This document shows, one piece after another, positions 1 through 9,322 of a stretch of DNA of 64,000 nt. A model generated the notes under the pieces. It ran no database searches. It had not been told where the DNA came from and saw nothing but the letters and a program-made list of their open reading frames with translations. The stretch comes from a virus. Each line of letters opens with the position of its first letter. Positions within the stretch are counted from its first letter, which is position 1. Location: IMG/VR virus record IMGVR_UViG_3300046490_000164, positions 70,170-134,169 of that record; one strand, 5' to 3'. A program made the position numbers and the translations under genes.

Positions 1-242
1 ACGCCCGTGGGGACGCGCTTCGTCAGGTAGACGAGGTCGAGCTCCCGGGTGGGCTTGATGACGACGCCCTTGTACTTGTCGTTCACGTAGGCCCGGACGT
101 TCTCGGCCGTCTGTGCCCTGGAGAGGAGCTTGGTGTCTTGATCCTTCTTCTTCTTGGCGGCTGCGGCCTCCCGCTTCTCCGCTACCGTCTTGGCTGCCTT
201 GGGCGCAGGCTCAGCCTGCTCCACCTTCTTACGAGGGGGCAT
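1..242 (-). CDS. Hypothetical Lys/Ala-rich protein; the 3' end runs off the window
   Basis: Hand translation of the minus strand from ATG (complement of 240-242) gives MPPRKKVEQAEPAPKAAKTVAEKREAAAAKKKKDQDTKLLSRAQTAENVRAYVNDKYKGVVIKPTRELDLVYLTKRVPTG with no stop before position 1. It is absent from the ORF track because it is truncated. Confidence 0.35.
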   Translation of the reverse strand, partial: MPPRKKVEQAEPAPKAAKTVAEKREAAAAKKKKDQDTKLLSRAQTAENVRAYVNDKYKGVVIKPTRELDLVYLTKRVPTG

Positions 243-267
243 TCGTTCTCCGGCTGTATGTGGGCTG

Positions 268-438
268 CTACTTCTGAGACGGGTCGTGCCGAGCTTCGAA
301 GTTCATGGTCGAGCCGCAGTGAGGGCAACGGCTCATCCCCGGGCTGATCTCGAACTTCTTCCCGCAGGACATGCAGAACTGCGCCCCGGCACCCAGCTTC
401 GTCTTCTCGTCGTCGATCACAACGCCTAGCTTTTCCAC
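268..438 (-). CDS. Small zinc-ribbon protein (CxxC...CxxC)
   Basis: Hand translation gives VEKLGVVIDDEKTKLGAGAQFCMSCGKKFEISPGMSRCPHCGSTMNFEARHDPSQK. GTG start with AGGAGGA 4 nt upstream. It overlaps the 3' end of the HU-like gene by 13 nt; an internal GTG immediately after the HU stop is an alternative start. Confidence 0.35.
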   Translation of the reverse strand: MEKLGVVIDDEKTKLGAGAQFCMSCGKKFEISPGMSRCPHCGSTMNFEARHDPSQK

Positions 439-683
439 TTGCTCCTCCTGCTCTCACGGAACTTGAGAGACTTGCGAGGCACCGTAACCACATCACCGCC
501 GAAAAGGGTGCGGGACTTCAGGGCCTTCATGTAGAAGGTCCCGAGCCCAGGCAGTACAACACGCTCCCCTGACATTGCGACTCGCCTCACCTGCACGGAG
601 AAGGCCCGCAGGAGCTTTGCCACCTCTTCCTTGGGGAGCTTGCTCTCCATCGAGATGACCGATACGAGCTCTACGAAGCTCAC
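426..683 (-). CDS. HU/IHF-like histone-like DNA-binding protein
   Basis: 85 aa. The GLGTFYMKALKSRTLFGG...VTVPRKSLKFRES arm region matches the HU/IHF beta-arm signature (GFGTF...R.GRNP.TG). Confidence 0.6.
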   Translation of the reverse strand: MSFVELVSVISMESKLPKEEVAKLLRAFSVQVRRVAMSGERVVLPGLGTFYMKALKSRTLFGGDVVTVPRKSLKFRESRRSKWKS

Positions 684-714
684 TGCGGACCTCCTCTCTT
701 GTCAAGTAGTGCGT

Positions 715-2733
715 TTACTTCGCATCTGCCCAAGTGTAGCCCTCACCGACGGACGCCGGCAACGGAACACTGAGCTCGAACGGGAAGGGATGCTCCATGA
801 TCTCCTTCACCCGCTTCTTCACCCTCTGCCGGATCTCCTGATCGTCGGGCACGTCGAAGATGAGCTCGTCGTGGACCTGAAGAAGCATCTGAGCATCCAG
901 GCTGTGCAGCTCTGCGTCGCTGTCACAACGGAGCATCGCCATCTTGGCGATCTCAGCCGCGGTCCCCTGGATCTCGGAGTTGACGCCCTGGCGCTCAGCG
1001 GCCGACGCATCCCTGCGAGACATGTTGCGCACGTCACCGAACCGACGGAACCGACCGGTGATGACCTGGACATAGCCGAGCAGGCGCATCCGCTCGTGCA
1101 CCTCATCGATGTGCTTCTCCACGCTGGGGAAGACGCCTAGCCACCTGCGGATGAGGGCGTTGCCCTCTGGGTCTGTGACGAGCTTCTTGGTCTCGCGCGT
1201 CAGCTTGCGGGCAAGCTTGGGGCCGCCGATGCCGTAGATGATACCGAACCCGGTAGCCTTGTTGTTCTGGCGCTTGAGCAGAAGCTCATGCATCCGCTCG
1301 GTGAGGTCTTCCTTCTTCGTCTTCTTCGCCGCCAACACCTCGTCGTACGGGATGCCTTCCATCTCGGCGGTGGTGTAGCAGTGCAGATCCATCCCCTTGT
1401 GGATGGCGTCGATCATCTTGGCGTCGTTGGAGAAGTGCGCCATGAGACGCATCTCGAGCTGCTCGTAGTCGGCCACCACCAGGATGCGGTTCTCGCTGGG
1501 GATGAAGGCTTCCCGGATGCGGAAGTCGTCTTCGTCGGCGCGAGGGATGTTCTGGAGGTTGGGCTCCGACGACGAGAGCCGTCCGGTGACCGTGCCGATC
1601 TGGTTGAGAGACGTGTGGATGCGGCAGCCAGAGTCGAGCCAGTGCTGAAGGCCTTCGACGTAGGTGCCGTAGATCTTCGAGATGCCGCGGTACTCCAGCA
1701 GCTTCTGGGCCCAGTAGTCTCCAGTGCCGGCCCACTCCTCCAGTACCTCGGCATCGGTGGACGGGCGCTTGATGCCGCTCTTGCCGCCCTTGGTGTTCTT
1801 GATGGAGTTCTTCTGGAGGTGCTCGAAGAAGAACCAGGGAACGTCCTTGACGGCCGAGTTGAGGTTGATCTCCCGTCCAGCTTCCCGGTTGAACTCCCTC
1901 TCGATGTCGAGCATGCGGGCCTCCATCGGACCCTGCTTGCTCATGAGGTAGCCCTTGTCCGTCGTGATGCCGCGCCTCTCCAACTTGAAGAGGAGCTTGG
2001 TGAAGGGAACCTCAATCATGTAGTAGTAGTCCTTCAACGTCCCCCACGGAATTCGAATCTGCGACAGCAGGTCGTCGAAGTGCCGACGCAGTGTGGTGGT
2101 GTTGTAGGAGTCGAGGCTGGCGTAGTCGACTGCACGGATGAAGTTCTCCGGGTTGGACAACGCCTCCCGGATGAGCTCTCCGATGGTCTTCTTGCGCTCC
2201 CCCTTCTTGGGCGTCGGAATCTTTCCGAAGGTCTCCTCGAAGGTCGGGGTGCGCCGGCCGAAGTGGTCGGTGATGCACTCCTTTAGGCCGTGCCGCCCCT
2301 GGTTGTTCTCGTTGTAGAGCCAGGACTGCGGGAGGGTGCAGCGCCACCGTCCGTTGTTGACGAGCTGGATGCCGCTGTTGGCGAACATGTGCCCGTCGAA
2401 CTTGGCGTTGGTGAAGTCGAGGTCGATGGCAGGGTTCTCGAGGATGCCCTGCTCCTTCATGAGCTGAAGGTAGTTCCGGTCCAGGCAGATTCGAGTGGCG
2501 CCATCCGAGAGGGACCAGATCATGACGGTGTCACGGATCTTGTCGATACCGGTCGTCTCGGAGTCGATGCCCAGCGCGCCATCGTTCTGGTGATACGAGG
2601 TGCGATACCGCTCGGCCCACTGCCGGGCCTCGTACTCTGTCTCGACCCACTTGCCGCCTGGGATCGACATGTCGAAGCCGTGAGACGGACCGACGGGGGA
2701 CGCCATCTGCAACATCGACGGAGTGAGTGGCAT
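715..2733 (-). CDS. Family A (Pol I/T7-like) DNA polymerase with 3'-5' exonuclease
   Basis: 672 aa. Exo I motif LGIDSETTGI. Pol motif A region DYEQLEMRLMAHFSND, motif B-like KATGFGIIYG, motif C QVHDELIFDV. Confidence 0.85.
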   Translation of the reverse strand: MPLTPSMLQMASPVGPSHGFDMSIPGGKWVETEYEARQWAERYRTSYHQNDGALGIDSETTGIDKIRDTVMIWSLSDGATRICLDRNYLQLMKEQGILENPAIDLDFTNAKFDGHMFANSGIQLVNNGRWRCTLPQSWLYNENNQGRHGLKECITDHFGRRTPTFEETFGKIPTPKKGERKKTIGELIREALSNPENFIRAVDYASLDSYNTTTLRRHFDDLLSQIRIPWGTLKDYYYMIEVPFTKLLFKLERRGITTDKGYLMSKQGPMEARMLDIEREFNREAGREINLNSAVKDVPWFFFEHLQKNSIKNTKGGKSGIKRPSTDAEVLEEWAGTGDYWAQKLLEYRGISKIYGTYVEGLQHWLDSGCRIHTSLNQIGTVTGRLSSSEPNLQNIPRADEDDFRIREAFIPSENRILVVADYEQLEMRLMAHFSNDAKMIDAIHKGMDLHCYTTAEMEGIPYDEVLAAKKTKKEDLTERMHELLLKRQNNKATGFGIIYGIGGPKLARKLTRETKKLVTDPEGNALIRRWLGVFPSVEKHIDEVHERMRLLGYVQVITGRFRRFGDVRNMSRRDASAAERQGVNSEIQGTAAEIAKMAMLRCDSDAELHSLDAQMLLQVHDELIFDVPDDQEIRQRVKKRVKEIMEHPFPFELSVPLPASVGEGYTWADAK

Positions 2734-2793
2734 GTGATCTCGAAAGAGAAGAGGGGGCCGGTTGCCCGGCCCCCTCAGGTTACCTACTACCCG

Positions 2794-4140
2794 CTACCTG
2801 CCGAAGTGCGGGACCATCTGCTGCGGTACGGCGACGGGCTGCTGGGGCTGCTGCGGAGGCGCGATGGGGGCCATCGTCGGGAGGCCCTGCGCCGGCTGCA
2901 TCTGGGGCTGCGGCTGCTGCCCCTGGGCGTACATCCCGCCGTACCCGCCCTGCTGTGCCGGGGGCTGCGTGCCGAAGGTCCCGAGCAGGTTGGGGTTGAG
3001 CTCGAGGCGACGGATCTGCTCCTGCACCGGGATGGGCTCGTAGACCTTCGAGAAGTCGTGCGGCTTCCCGATCTCGTCCACGATCTGCCGCAGCGACTTC
3101 CCGTTCAGCAGCTGGGGCGATACGCGAGCCCCGAACTCCTCGACGCTCTCGTGCCGCTGGAGGACGAGGTGGCTGTTCATCTGCTTGCCCTGCCGCATTC
3201 CCCACAGCACCCGTCCGAAGATGGAGAGCTGCACGGGCTGCCGGTTGTTCTGCTCGCAGACCTCGCAGGCCACGATCTCCTTCAGGAGGACGGGGCGCTG
3301 GCAGCGGAGGCAGGGGTACGGCTGGGACACCGCGGCCTGGATCTCCGCGTCGGTGCGCGTGTCCTGGCTCATGTCGATGACCATGTTGTTGCAGGTCGGG
3401 CAGGCGAACCCGTCGGTGATGAGCTGGGCGCCGTCGTTCCCGCACAGGGAGGAGACGGTGGCATCCCAGGACAGCAGGTCCTCGAGGTGGTTCTTCCCGA
3501 GCTCGATGTAGCGCCGCTTGCCGATGACCGTCTGGATGTCCTGCGGGCGCAGGGCCTGGGGCCAGGGGTTCTGCGGGTCGTTGATGAGCGGCTGCCCGGA
3601 GACGGCCCGGCAGAAGTTGCAGGTCCGGCCGGAGCACTCGTCATCCACCAGCACCGGCGCTGGCGGGTTGGACTCCCGCTTCATGACGATGCCACCCGTC
3701 TGCTTGTCGATGAGCGGGTGGCGGTGGTAGACGGCGAGGTGGACGATAGTGAACGAGAAGACGTCGCTCAGCTTGATGTTGGGCGCCCCCTGGTTCTCGG
3801 CGGTGCATCCCGCGCACGGCTGCGGCGCGTGCGGGTTGTAGCCAGCGGAGCAGACGGCGTCGCGGATCTTCGGCTGCTCCTTCGTCCCGAGCTGCACGAC
3901 GTGCTTGCGGTGCTTGTAGAACGGGTTCTTCACCTCGCGCGGCCTCCCGCTGGCCGGGTCGATCTCGATCTGCTCCGGGGGCGGGTTCGGGTCGACGAAC
4001 TCCGCGGCCACGATGATGAACGGCGTGGCGTTGTCCTCGGGGATGCGGTAGCGGTCGTAGAGGCTTCCCTTCCACCCCTTGCCGCTGCTGCGCTTGGTCT
4101 CCGCCTTGATGCTGCGGCGGAACGGGCTCATCGTGGGCAT
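2794..4140 (-). CDS. Hypothetical multi-Cys (Zn-cluster) protein with a Gln/Pro-rich C-terminal tail
   Basis: 448 aa. Cys pairs CAGC, CSGRTCNFC, CPTCNN, CLRCQ and CEVCEQ. Low-complexity C-terminus (QQGGYGGMYAQGQQPQPQMQPAQG...). Sits between the polymerase and primase genes. Confidence 0.5.
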   Translation of the reverse strand: MPTMSPFRRSIKAETKRSSGKGWKGSLYDRYRIPEDNATPFIIVAAEFVDPNPPPEQIEIDPASGRPREVKNPFYKHRKHVVQLGTKEQPKIRDAVCSAGYNPHAPQPCAGCTAENQGAPNIKLSDVFSFTIVHLAVYHRHPLIDKQTGGIVMKRESNPPAPVLVDDECSGRTCNFCRAVSGQPLINDPQNPWPQALRPQDIQTVIGKRRYIELGKNHLEDLLSWDATVSSLCGNDGAQLITDGFACPTCNNMVIDMSQDTRTDAEIQAAVSQPYPCLRCQRPVLLKEIVACEVCEQNNRQPVQLSIFGRVLWGMRQGKQMNSHLVLQRHESVEEFGARVSPQLLNGKSLRQIVDEIGKPHDFSKVYEPIPVQEQIRRLELNPNLLGTFGTQPPAQQGGYGGMYAQGQQPQPQMQPAQGLPTMAPIAPPQQPQQPVAVPQQMVPHFGR

Positions 4141-5234
4141 CAGCTTCTCCTCATGCTGCGGTTGAAGTGATCTGCATACCTCAGGCTAGCTGCGACGATC
4201 TCGTGGATGGCCTCCGGCTCGTAGTCGTCCGGCTGGCTGTTGTCGGACTTGTAGATGGAGGCTTCCACGTCGGAGGCAGGATACTGCGCGACCATGACAC
4301 GGCCGTACAGAGGGGCCCAGAGCAGGTCCCCGATGTTGATGGTTCCGTTGCGCCCAGCATGATCGTTGTCGAGCAGCAAGACAACGGTGCATCCCAGACG
4401 GTGGAGCATCCTCTGCTGGTGCTCCGAGATGTACGATCCCATGAGGGCGACCGTGTTCCAGTAGCCACACTGAATCATCCACAGGCACGCCTTGAACCCC
4501 TCTACGATGTAGAGCTTCGCTTCGGGGTCTGGGTCCTCTACGAGCAGGGGGTAGACCTTGTCGTAGTTCCAGATGAAGTTGTGGTTCTCACAGCGGTACC
4601 CCAAGTACTTCTCCTCGAACCACTCTCCGTACTCACTTCGGATGACTCGTCCTTCCATGTTGGTGCGACGTCCCTGGTAGACGAGGTACTTCGGGTGCTG
4701 TGTCGGCAACGTCGCGCCGCCAGAGAAGCCTGCGAGGTTTCCGTACAGGTCTCGTAGCGGATACATGATGCGCTGGTTGTTGCGGTCGTACCCAATCTCC
4801 AGGCGACGCAGGAGAGCTGGGTCGAAGCCATCCCTCAAGAGCTTCTCGGGCGGCCAGTCGTAGACGCCCAGGATGCCCTCGTCAAGGATGTGTTCTGCCT
4901 TGAACGGATCGTTCCGAGAGAAGGCGTACTCTCTCGTGACCCGCTGGAGCTCCTTCTGCCGTTCCAAGAACGGCTTGATGAGTCGAGTCTCCGAGTCGAT
5001 GCGATCCCGCGGAACCTCCAGCAGGTGGAGGAAGTACTCGAGCCCGCCAGCGACGTGGCAGGTGAAGCACTTGAAGACACCTTTGTCGACGTTGATGGAG
5101 AAGCTGGGAGTCTTCTCGTTGCCGCCCTTGTGCCACGGGAAGGGGCAGGTGGTCAGGTAGTTCGACCCGCCTGATGGCTTCAGTCGTCGGTTGGGTAGAT
5201 ATCTCTGGACCAGCTCCAGGACTTGTTCACGCAT
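4140..5234 (-). CDS. DNA primase (CHC2 zinc finger plus Toprim)
   Basis: CHC2 zinc finger CPFPWHKGGNEKTPSFSINVDKGVFKCFTCHVAGG. Toprim-like VVLLLDNDHAGRNG. Start trimmed to ATG at 5234-5232 (MREQVLELVQ); the upstream 30 aa of the track ORF look like Arg/Ser-rich artefact. This leaves a 4-nt gap to the helicase stop. Confidence 0.75.
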   Translation of the reverse strand: MREQVLELVQRYLPNRRLKPSGGSNYLTTCPFPWHKGGNEKTPSFSINVDKGVFKCFTCHVAGGLEYFLHLLEVPRDRIDSETRLIKPFLERQKELQRVTREYAFSRNDPFKAEHILDEGILGVYDWPPEKLLRDGFDPALLRRLEIGYDRNNQRIMYPLRDLYGNLAGFSGGATLPTQHPKYLVYQGRRTNMEGRVIRSEYGEWFEEKYLGYRCENHNFIWNYDKVYPLLVEDPDPEAKLYIVEGFKACLWMIQCGYWNTVALMGSYISEHQQRMLHRLGCTVVLLLDNDHAGRNGTINIGDLLWAPLYGRVMVAQYPASDVEASIYKSDNSQPDDYEPEAIHEIVAASLRYADHFNRSMRRS

Positions 5235-5238
5235 CTGG

Positions 5239-6663
5239 TCACGGCCTGAAGACCGGGATCTTCGGGTCCTTGAAGAGTCCGTCCCTGGAGAACGGACTCG
5301 GTGCGCGAAGACGAGGAGGACCACGATCTCCGTAGTCGTCCTTGTTCACCTGCGGCTGCTGCCCCTCGATGAGAGGCTGGATGGAGCGGATGAAGTCGAA
5401 GTTGTAGCCGGGCTTGCCGTGGATGACCATGCCCTCGAACGTGCCTTCACGGAAACCTGGCGCCGTGATGTGGAGCTCGTTCTCGTGCTTCTTGACCTGC
5501 TCGTTCCACTTCACCATCTTCTTGATGCGCAGCACCAGGTCGGCGTCCATGCCGATGGCGTCTGCGAAGGCAAGCTCTGTCAGGTCCTCTCCGTTCTTGG
5601 TCTCGGCACCTCGGTTGGCCTGGGTGACGCCGATGATGGGAACGTTGAAGGCGTTGCAGGTGAGCTTCACGTCCTGGGAGATGTGCGTGATGTTCTTCCA
5701 GTCGATGGCTCTGGTCTTCGTCCGGTCGTCCTTCATGAGGTACATGCCGTCCACGATGACGAGGTCCGGCTTGTACTCCCTGATCTTGCCCTGGAGCCAG
5801 GCGATGCCACCACCGTCCGTCATGCCACGGTCGGAGACGACGATGATGTAGGGCTGGTTGAGACTGAATCCGCCGGCGGTCTTCTCGTCGTCGGCCAGCT
5901 CGTCCATGATGGTCCACATTCGCTGGGCCTCGCTCGGCTGGAGCTTGGCTTGCGTGAAGGCCTTGTAGTCGACCTTCGTGAGGACCGCGGCGAGACGCTG
6001 GAGGAGCTGCTCCGGTGGCATCTCTCGGGAGTAGATCATCACCCGGCGCCTGGCATTGAGGTAGGCATGGACCCCAATCTTCAGCGCCACGAACGTCTTC
6101 ATCGACTTCGGACGTCCGTAGATGATGAAGTACTGACCCTTCTGCATCCCCTGTGTCTCCTCGTTCAGGACTTGCCACGGGAAGGGAATGCCGATGAGAC
6201 CGTTGGCGCTGGCCACGAGATCGTAGCGCGCCTTGAGCATCCCCACCGACGTCGCGAGCGAGAAGTCCTGCGATGTCTCCGCCAGCGCGGAGATCTTCGT
6301 CGCTTCGACACGGAGGGATGCGAGTGCTTCCAGCGGACTTCGTTGGTTCTTGGTCTGGAGCTCTTGGATGAGTCCGTCGATTTCCATCCTGACGCGCTCC
6401 TTGCGGAGCTGGTCGACGAGGACGGCTACCGAGTCGGACGCATCGAAGAACGGGAAGGTGGGGAAGTTGTACCGCACCATGTCCCGGCTCGGCGTGTTAC
6501 CTGCCGTAGCCGGAGCTCGGTACATCTGCGAGACGTAACGAAAGACCTCGTTCGCTTCGTTGGTCGTGAAGTACGAGTCGTCGATGTTGGCCTTATCGAG
6601 CGAGTGGAAGTCTCCCGAGTCGATGACCTTGGTGAGCAAGGCAAGCTCGATGTTGCTCGGCAC
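5239..6663 (-). CDS. DnaB-like replicative DNA helicase
   Basis: 474 aa. Walker A-like GRPKSMKT, Walker B-like LVIVDGMYLM, RecA-type C-terminal domain and an N-terminal DnaB-like helical domain. Confidence 0.75.
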   Translation of the reverse strand: MPSNIELALLTKVIDSGDFHSLDKANIDDSYFTTNEANEVFRYVSQMYRAPATAGNTPSRDMVRYNFPTFPFFDASDSVAVLVDQLRKERVRMEIDGLIQELQTKNQRSPLEALASLRVEATKISALAETSQDFSLATSVGMLKARYDLVASANGLIGIPFPWQVLNEETQGMQKGQYFIIYGRPKSMKTFVALKIGVHAYLNARRRVMIYSREMPPEQLLQRLAAVLTKVDYKAFTQAKLQPSEAQRMWTIMDELADDEKTAGGFSLNQPYIIVVSDRGMTDGGGIAWLQGKIREYKPDLVIVDGMYLMKDDRTKTRAIDWKNITHISQDVKLTCNAFNVPIIGVTQANRGAETKNGEDLTELAFADAIGMDADLVLRIKKMVKWNEQVKKHENELHITAPGFREGTFEGMVIHGKPGYNFDFIRSIQPLIEGQQPQVNKDDYGDRGPPRLRAPSPFSRDGLFKDPKIPVFRP

Positions 6664-6807
6664 GCTACCTCCTGGGAAATGCGAGACCGGCCCAAGGCTA
6701 AGCCAGGGGTCCGACGCTTATCCCGACAACGAGGGTGAAGTTGAGGCCGCCCTCCCGGTCAGAGACACGGGAGCCCGCATCATAGAAACCGAGAGGGGGC
6801 CGTCAAC

Positions 6808-7110
6808 CTACAGAGAGGGTACGCCATCGGTTGTGGGAGACTCCTGTACCGCCCCACCACCTGTGGTGGCGCCGCCCTCGAAGAGGTCAGCGCAGATGTC
6901 CGCCTCGGCCGAGGCGACGAAGTCGGCCAGCTTCTTCATGGTCTCCTCACTCCACCCCACGTTCCGCTTGCCCGACCCGAAGAAGGTGACGTTCTTGGTG
7001 TCCGCGAGGGCGTAGGTGATGTGGAGCGAGGGGGCCGGGGTGAGGAGGTTGATGCTGATCTCACCAGCTGACACGCCGTTGATGCGGCAGAGCCCGGTGC
7101 TGGGGGTCAC
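6808..7110 (-). CDS. Hypothetical protein
   Basis: 100-aa ORF packed between the helicase and the downstream gene with a 4-nt overlap. Confidence 0.4.
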   Translation of the reverse strand: MTPSTGLCRINGVSAGEISINLLTPAPSLHITYALADTKNVTFFGSGKRNVGWSEETMKKLADFVASAEADICADLFEGGATTGGGAVQESPTTDGVPSL

Positions 7111-7490
7111 CTGCCGCCCCGCTGGTCGAGCAGCGTGTTGAAGGCGATCTCGGACTGCGCCCTCTGCTCGAGCGCGTAGCTGCGCGCCAGCTCACCGGCG
7201 ATGCCGATGGCCTTGTCGATGCTGGCCTCGTCCTGGTTGCAGGTCAGTGACACCGTGCACATGGCCGACGTGCCGGTCCCGAAGTCCTTGATGCCGAAGT
7301 CGGTGCTCACCGACACCTTCGCCTTGCCGTCCCCTGCGATCTTCGCGATCTCGTCCATGATGTGCCTCGGTACTTCGTTCTGGAGCACCTGGAAGTTGGC
7401 GCCCTCGTGGATGTTGAGGTCCTTGTTGGAAGACTCCCTGGACCCGATGATTTTGATGTCTGTGCGTACGATCTCGCTCATCGACTCCAT
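7107..7490 (-). CDS. Hypothetical protein
   Basis: Start trimmed to ATG 7490-7488 (MESMSEIV) with an AGAAGG RBS. 127 aa. Confidence 0.45.
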   Translation of the reverse strand: MESMSEIVRTDIKIIGSRESSNKDLNIHEGANFQVLQNEVPRHIMDEIAKIAGDGKAKVSVSTDFGIKDFGTGTSAMCTVSLTCNQDEASIDKAIGIAGELARSYALEQRAQSEIAFNTLLDQRGGR

Positions 7491-7816
7491 CCTTCTGGGA
7501 GAATGCAGTTCGGTGGCGCGCCCTTGAACATGGGTGCGATGTCTGCGTCCTTGTAGCCGGCCAGGCCGCAACCGATACGGGTTACTTGGTACATCTCCTT
7601 CGGGTGGGCCTTGGCATGGTTGAGGAAGTTCTTCACGTAGTACTCGATGGTCGGTAAGGGCAGCGTCTTGATGTCCCGATCCTTGGTTGGGATTGCGTAG
7701 CTGTTGCCTGACCGTCCCTCCCCTACACCTGTGACTGCTCCGTGGTGTCTCTTGGCGAAGACTGCCGCACCTGCTCCGTGACGTCCTGCCAGGTTGGACC
7801 CGAAGACGAAGACCAT
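7478..7816 (-). CDS. Small Rossmann-like protein with a macro-domain-like Gly-rich loop (FGSNLAGRHGAGAA)
   Basis: True start ATG 7816-7814 (MVFVFGSNLAGRHGAGAAVFAKRHHGA...SYAIPT). The N-terminal 112 aa of the track ORF overlap the upstream gene and look like artefact. The motif resembles the macro/ADP-ribose-binding NAAN...GGGV.GAI pattern; the family call is uncertain. Confidence 0.5.
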   Translation of the reverse strand: MVFVFGSNLAGRHGAGAAVFAKRHHGAVTGVGEGRSGNSYAIPTKDRDIKTLPLPTIEYYVKNFLNHAKAHPKEMYQVTRIGCGLAGYKDADIAPMFKGAPPNCILPEGWSR

Positions 7817-7818
7817 GA

Positions 7819-8394
7819 CTACCCCTTCGCCTCCCCGAGGAAGGTGAGCGGCTTCGGCCCCTTCACCTGAGGCGTGGACTCCTCCTCGTCGTAGGCACCG
7901 TCGATGATCGTGGTGAGCTTGTTGGCCTTGAGCCAGGTGTGGACACCCTCGAAGTCGATGTCCCACCCCTCCTTCACCAACATCTTCTCCTTGCCGTCCT
8001 TGTCCAGCGTTTTCAAGTCCATCAGCCGTTCGAGCAGACCCTGCTCGGTTGCCAGCTTGAAGAGCGACTGCGGATCGAAGGAACGTCGTGTGACGGATGA
8101 GACCTTGAACCGGCCAGAGGTGAGGATGGTGGGCTTCCCCTCTGGGCCGCGCCACTTGGTGGTCTCGAGAACGACCTTCTGACGGAGCTGGTCCTGGGCC
8201 GTCTTGAGTGCGACATTGCGGTTCTCGAGGGAGGCCTTCAGGTCCTCGACCATCCCGAGATAGGTCTCCTTGGGGTTGGGCTGCTTCAGGATGTCGTTGA
8301 GGAACTCCCCACCCAACAGGTAGGCCTCCCTCATCTTGTACTCGGTGTCAGCGTCGTTGAAGGCCTCAATGGCCTCCTCGTAGGATTGGGGCAT
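7819..8394 (-). CDS. Hypothetical protein
   Basis: 191-aa ORF; its stop TAG at 7819-7821 lies 2 nt before the next start. Confidence 0.5.
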   Translation of the reverse strand: MPQSYEEAIEAFNDADTEYKMREAYLLGGEFLNDILKQPNPKETYLGMVEDLKASLENRNVALKTAQDQLRQKVVLETTKWRGPEGKPTILTSGRFKVSSVTRRSFDPQSLFKLATEQGLLERLMDLKTLDKDGKEKMLVKEGWDIDFEGVHTWLKANKLTTIIDGAYDEEESTPQVKGPKPLTFLGEAKG

Positions 8395-8452
8395 GTGAAC
8401 TCCTGTGGGCTAAGAAGACAGAGGCGCCGATGCTATCTGGCGCCTCTGTCAC

Positions 8453-9307
8453 CTACCTGACCGGGATCGGCGTGCCGTAGTTCTGTTGTCGAAGGAAGTC
8501 CAGCATCTTCATCGCGGTGCGGAGGTCCCCGATGGTGCGCTGGAAGTTGCCGTTCTTCACCTTCCAGTCCGCGACGCGGTTCAGGAAGGATGGGTGGAGC
8601 AGCGGCATGACCGGGTAGGTGAGCTTCCCGAACTTGCCATCGAACTCCACGTCGAAGAGCTGGCCGCGCATCTTGGTGATCTGCACGGTCTGCTTTCGAG
8701 CTACCGCGGCGAGTGCGGAGTTGCCGAACGCCAGAATGATGAGCGGGTCCACCGTGTAGATGGTGTTCCACAGCCTCTCCCAGCAGGTCTTCACTTCGAC
8801 GTTGGTGGGAGGACGGTTCTCCGGCGGCTGGCAGGCGACCACGTTGGTGATGAAGAACTCGTTGAGTCGCCACTCGTGCATCGTGTCGTGGAACGAGCGG
8901 ATGTTCTCACGGTTGCGCGGGGCCGTGGCGTACCACTCGGCCAGCTTCTGGATCTCCGGGTCATCTGTCGTGTGCGCCAGGAGGGTGTCGAGGGTGTGCC
9001 CAGCCGGCCCAATGAAGGGTACGTGCTTGGACATCTCCTCGTCTCCTGGCGCTTCCCCGACGATGAGGACATGAGAGTCCGGGTTCCCTTCCCCGAAGAC
9101 GATCTCCTTGTCCCCGAATCTCAGGCGACCCTCGTGGAGAGGACAGCGCTTGCAGTCGTGCCAGGTGTCGTAGACGACCACCAGGCGTTCGTGCTTCGTC
9201 TCGCCCTTGATGTCGTAGAGAGGAACCTGGGCAGCCTGAACCTTTGGCCTTCCTCTCTTCCTCTTCTCCGGGTGCTCCGGAGGCGGCGCTACCTCGTGCT
9301 CTGTCAT
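8453..9307 (-). CDS. Uracil-DNA glycosylase, family 4-like
   Basis: Motifs GEGNPDSHVLIVGEAPGDEE and PFIGPAGHTLDTLL match the UDG family 4/5 signatures GEGP..A.IMFVGEAPG and PFVG.AG. The upstream Cys/His stretch HDCKRCPLHEG fits the Fe-S-type family-4 enzymes. Confidence 0.75.
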   Translation of the reverse strand: MTEHEVAPPPEHPEKRKRGRPKVQAAQVPLYDIKGETKHERLVVVYDTWHDCKRCPLHEGRLRFGDKEIVFGEGNPDSHVLIVGEAPGDEEMSKHVPFIGPAGHTLDTLLAHTTDDPEIQKLAEWYATAPRNRENIRSFHDTMHEWRLNEFFITNVVACQPPENRPPTNVEVKTCWERLWNTIYTVDPLIILAFGNSALAAVARKQTVQITKMRGQLFDVEFDGKFGKLTYPVMPLLHPSFLNRVADWKVKNGNFQRTIGDLRTAMKMLDFLRQQNYGTPIPVR

Positions 9308-9322
9308 GGCTCCCTTCTGTCG

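Noticed and set aside
2290-4170. 626-aa plus-strand ORF, plus other long ORFs antisense to strong genes: 1288-2286 (+), 5191-6738 (+), 14722-17292 (-, 856 aa), 19011-20897 (-), 21555-23360 (-), 23835-25289 (-), 51019-54444 (-, 1141 aa), 57777-60536 (+, 919 aa), 40726-41601 (-), 42549-43940 (-)
   Set aside because: Their composition is dominated by Arg/Gly/Ala/Leu/Val/Asp/Glu/His, which is typical of the antisense frame of high-GC coding DNA. They overlap genes that have clear catalytic motifs (polymerase, primase, helicase, RNAP, MVP) and have no RBS or motifs of their own.
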